Of a DNA stretch of 64,000 bases, positions 62,921 to 64,000 are shown one piece after another. The first letter of the stretch is position 1. The number at the start of each line of letters is the position of its first letter. The stretch is from NCBI GenBank assembly GCA_015680685.1, contig MNCI01002984.1, positions 648,248-712,247 on the forward strand. Reading direction: 5' to 3'. A program made the position numbers and the translations under genes. The notes under the pieces were generated by a model that was not told the DNA's origin, did not search any database, and saw nothing but the letters and a program-made list of their open reading frames with translations. Origin of the DNA: Gnetum montanum. Its lineage: Eukaryota; Plantae; Gnetophyta.

Positions 62921-64000
62921 AGGTGGAAAATGGAAAGAAATATGGAGAGGAGAGAACAGAATGGAATCCCAAGAACAAGGTTGTGTAAATCCCCCTTGTG
63001 TATTTCATGGTTAATGTGACTGAGTAGAACTCATCCCAAATCCAGACTAAAACAAACCACATTCAATGACCTTGCATCAACACACTTGACCAATCCATCC
63101 ACTTGAAGCAACAAGAATGCTTCCACAAAGAGTCACCACCATTCCGAGGAGAGCGAGATGGAAAAGCAGGAAGCGAGAAAGGGCCTTAGTTAGAGGGAAC
63201 CTTCAGGCATGGGTAACATGTCTTTCCAGTTCCATAACCAATGCTTGTAGCCCATATTGCTTTATTATCTCTAAGGGGTGTGCTTTGAATTCTCACCTTT
63301 TTCTCTTTTTTTCTTATGTTTATGTGTGAGAATCACACCATGCAAAGACTTATTTTTATTCACTAATATTCCTAATATTTGGACAATGTTAGAATGATAG
63401 AAAACCCAAGAAAAAGCATCCAAACACCCAAGAGAATGGCCAGCACCAATGCATCGAATCCTCTTAAAGTCACACCCTTTTCATCCTTTGAGTCTTTCTT
63501 TGGTTTGAAAAATACCCAACCACCAATTCATTAATAAGTTTACTTAGAAAAAAGGGACTCTACATTTCCAAGCTAAAGGAGACCATAGAGTTGTATAGAT
63601 GAGTGGATAGTGTGGACTCATTGCCTGTTTTACCAAAAGAACCATACCTTAATATCAACATCATAATTCAAAGGTAAAAACCAAACATTAGCAATCAATA
63701 TGATATAATCCAATTCACCATCATGAGCACTTATTAGATGACAAATAAAAGTAAATCAAGCAAACAAAGAAATAGTAAAAACATGAACGACGGTGTAAAA
63801 CAAAAATAGGAAAAGTTGAAAGAATGTGTAAAACAAAAATTTAAAAAGAACTGAGGGCCTAAAATGGTTAGCATAGGTGGCCATCTCCCCCACGACTAAG
63901 TTGGAAGGAGGAGATTCGAAATAGTGAGTAGGGTTGTCCATCAAGAGAGGTAGAATGTGTATTGGCTATCTTAAGCTCCTAGAAATGTTTGGTTTGTTAC

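Larger units (their letters stand above)
60442..64000 (-). mobile_element. 3' end of a third Athila-type element (element C), continuing past the right edge
   Basis: LTR ~60442-61338 (outer end decayed; inner end CTCATCA), adjacent PPT TACCCCCATGACTAAATGAAAACTC as in A and B, and 3' non-coding blocks homologous to A 13090-14490. Confidence 0.85.

Overview
AT-rich land-plant nuclear DNA, not prokaryotic, so most ORF-track entries are exon or transposon fragments. It has two intron-containing genes on the minus strand. The first is the 5' part of a UBP6/UBP7-type deubiquitinase (11 exons in the window, running off the left edge). The second is a 5-exon, 428-aa plant protein I cannot name, with a ~16.3-kb TE-filled first intron and a predicted 10-nt micro-exon needed to keep frame. 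The rest is mostly decayed retroelements. A full-length Athila-type Ty3/gypsy element (A, 8383-30517) has a pol-less Athila-type element (B, 19306-28444) nested in its gag. A third Athila-type element (C, ~60442 to the right edge) carries a solo LTR. There are also a 3'-truncated CRM-like element, a gag-only copia-like element, gypsy, copia and LINE fragments, and several tRNA-derived SINE-like remnants. The most interesting observation is that in both A and B the accessory ('env-like') ORF looks like its own transcription unit (TATA, 5'UTR intron, acceptor directly before ATG). Upstream of each internal TATA are copies of the element-specific palindromic motif found upstream of that element's own LTR TATA box. 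All coordinates were read by eye; no alignments or database searches were run.
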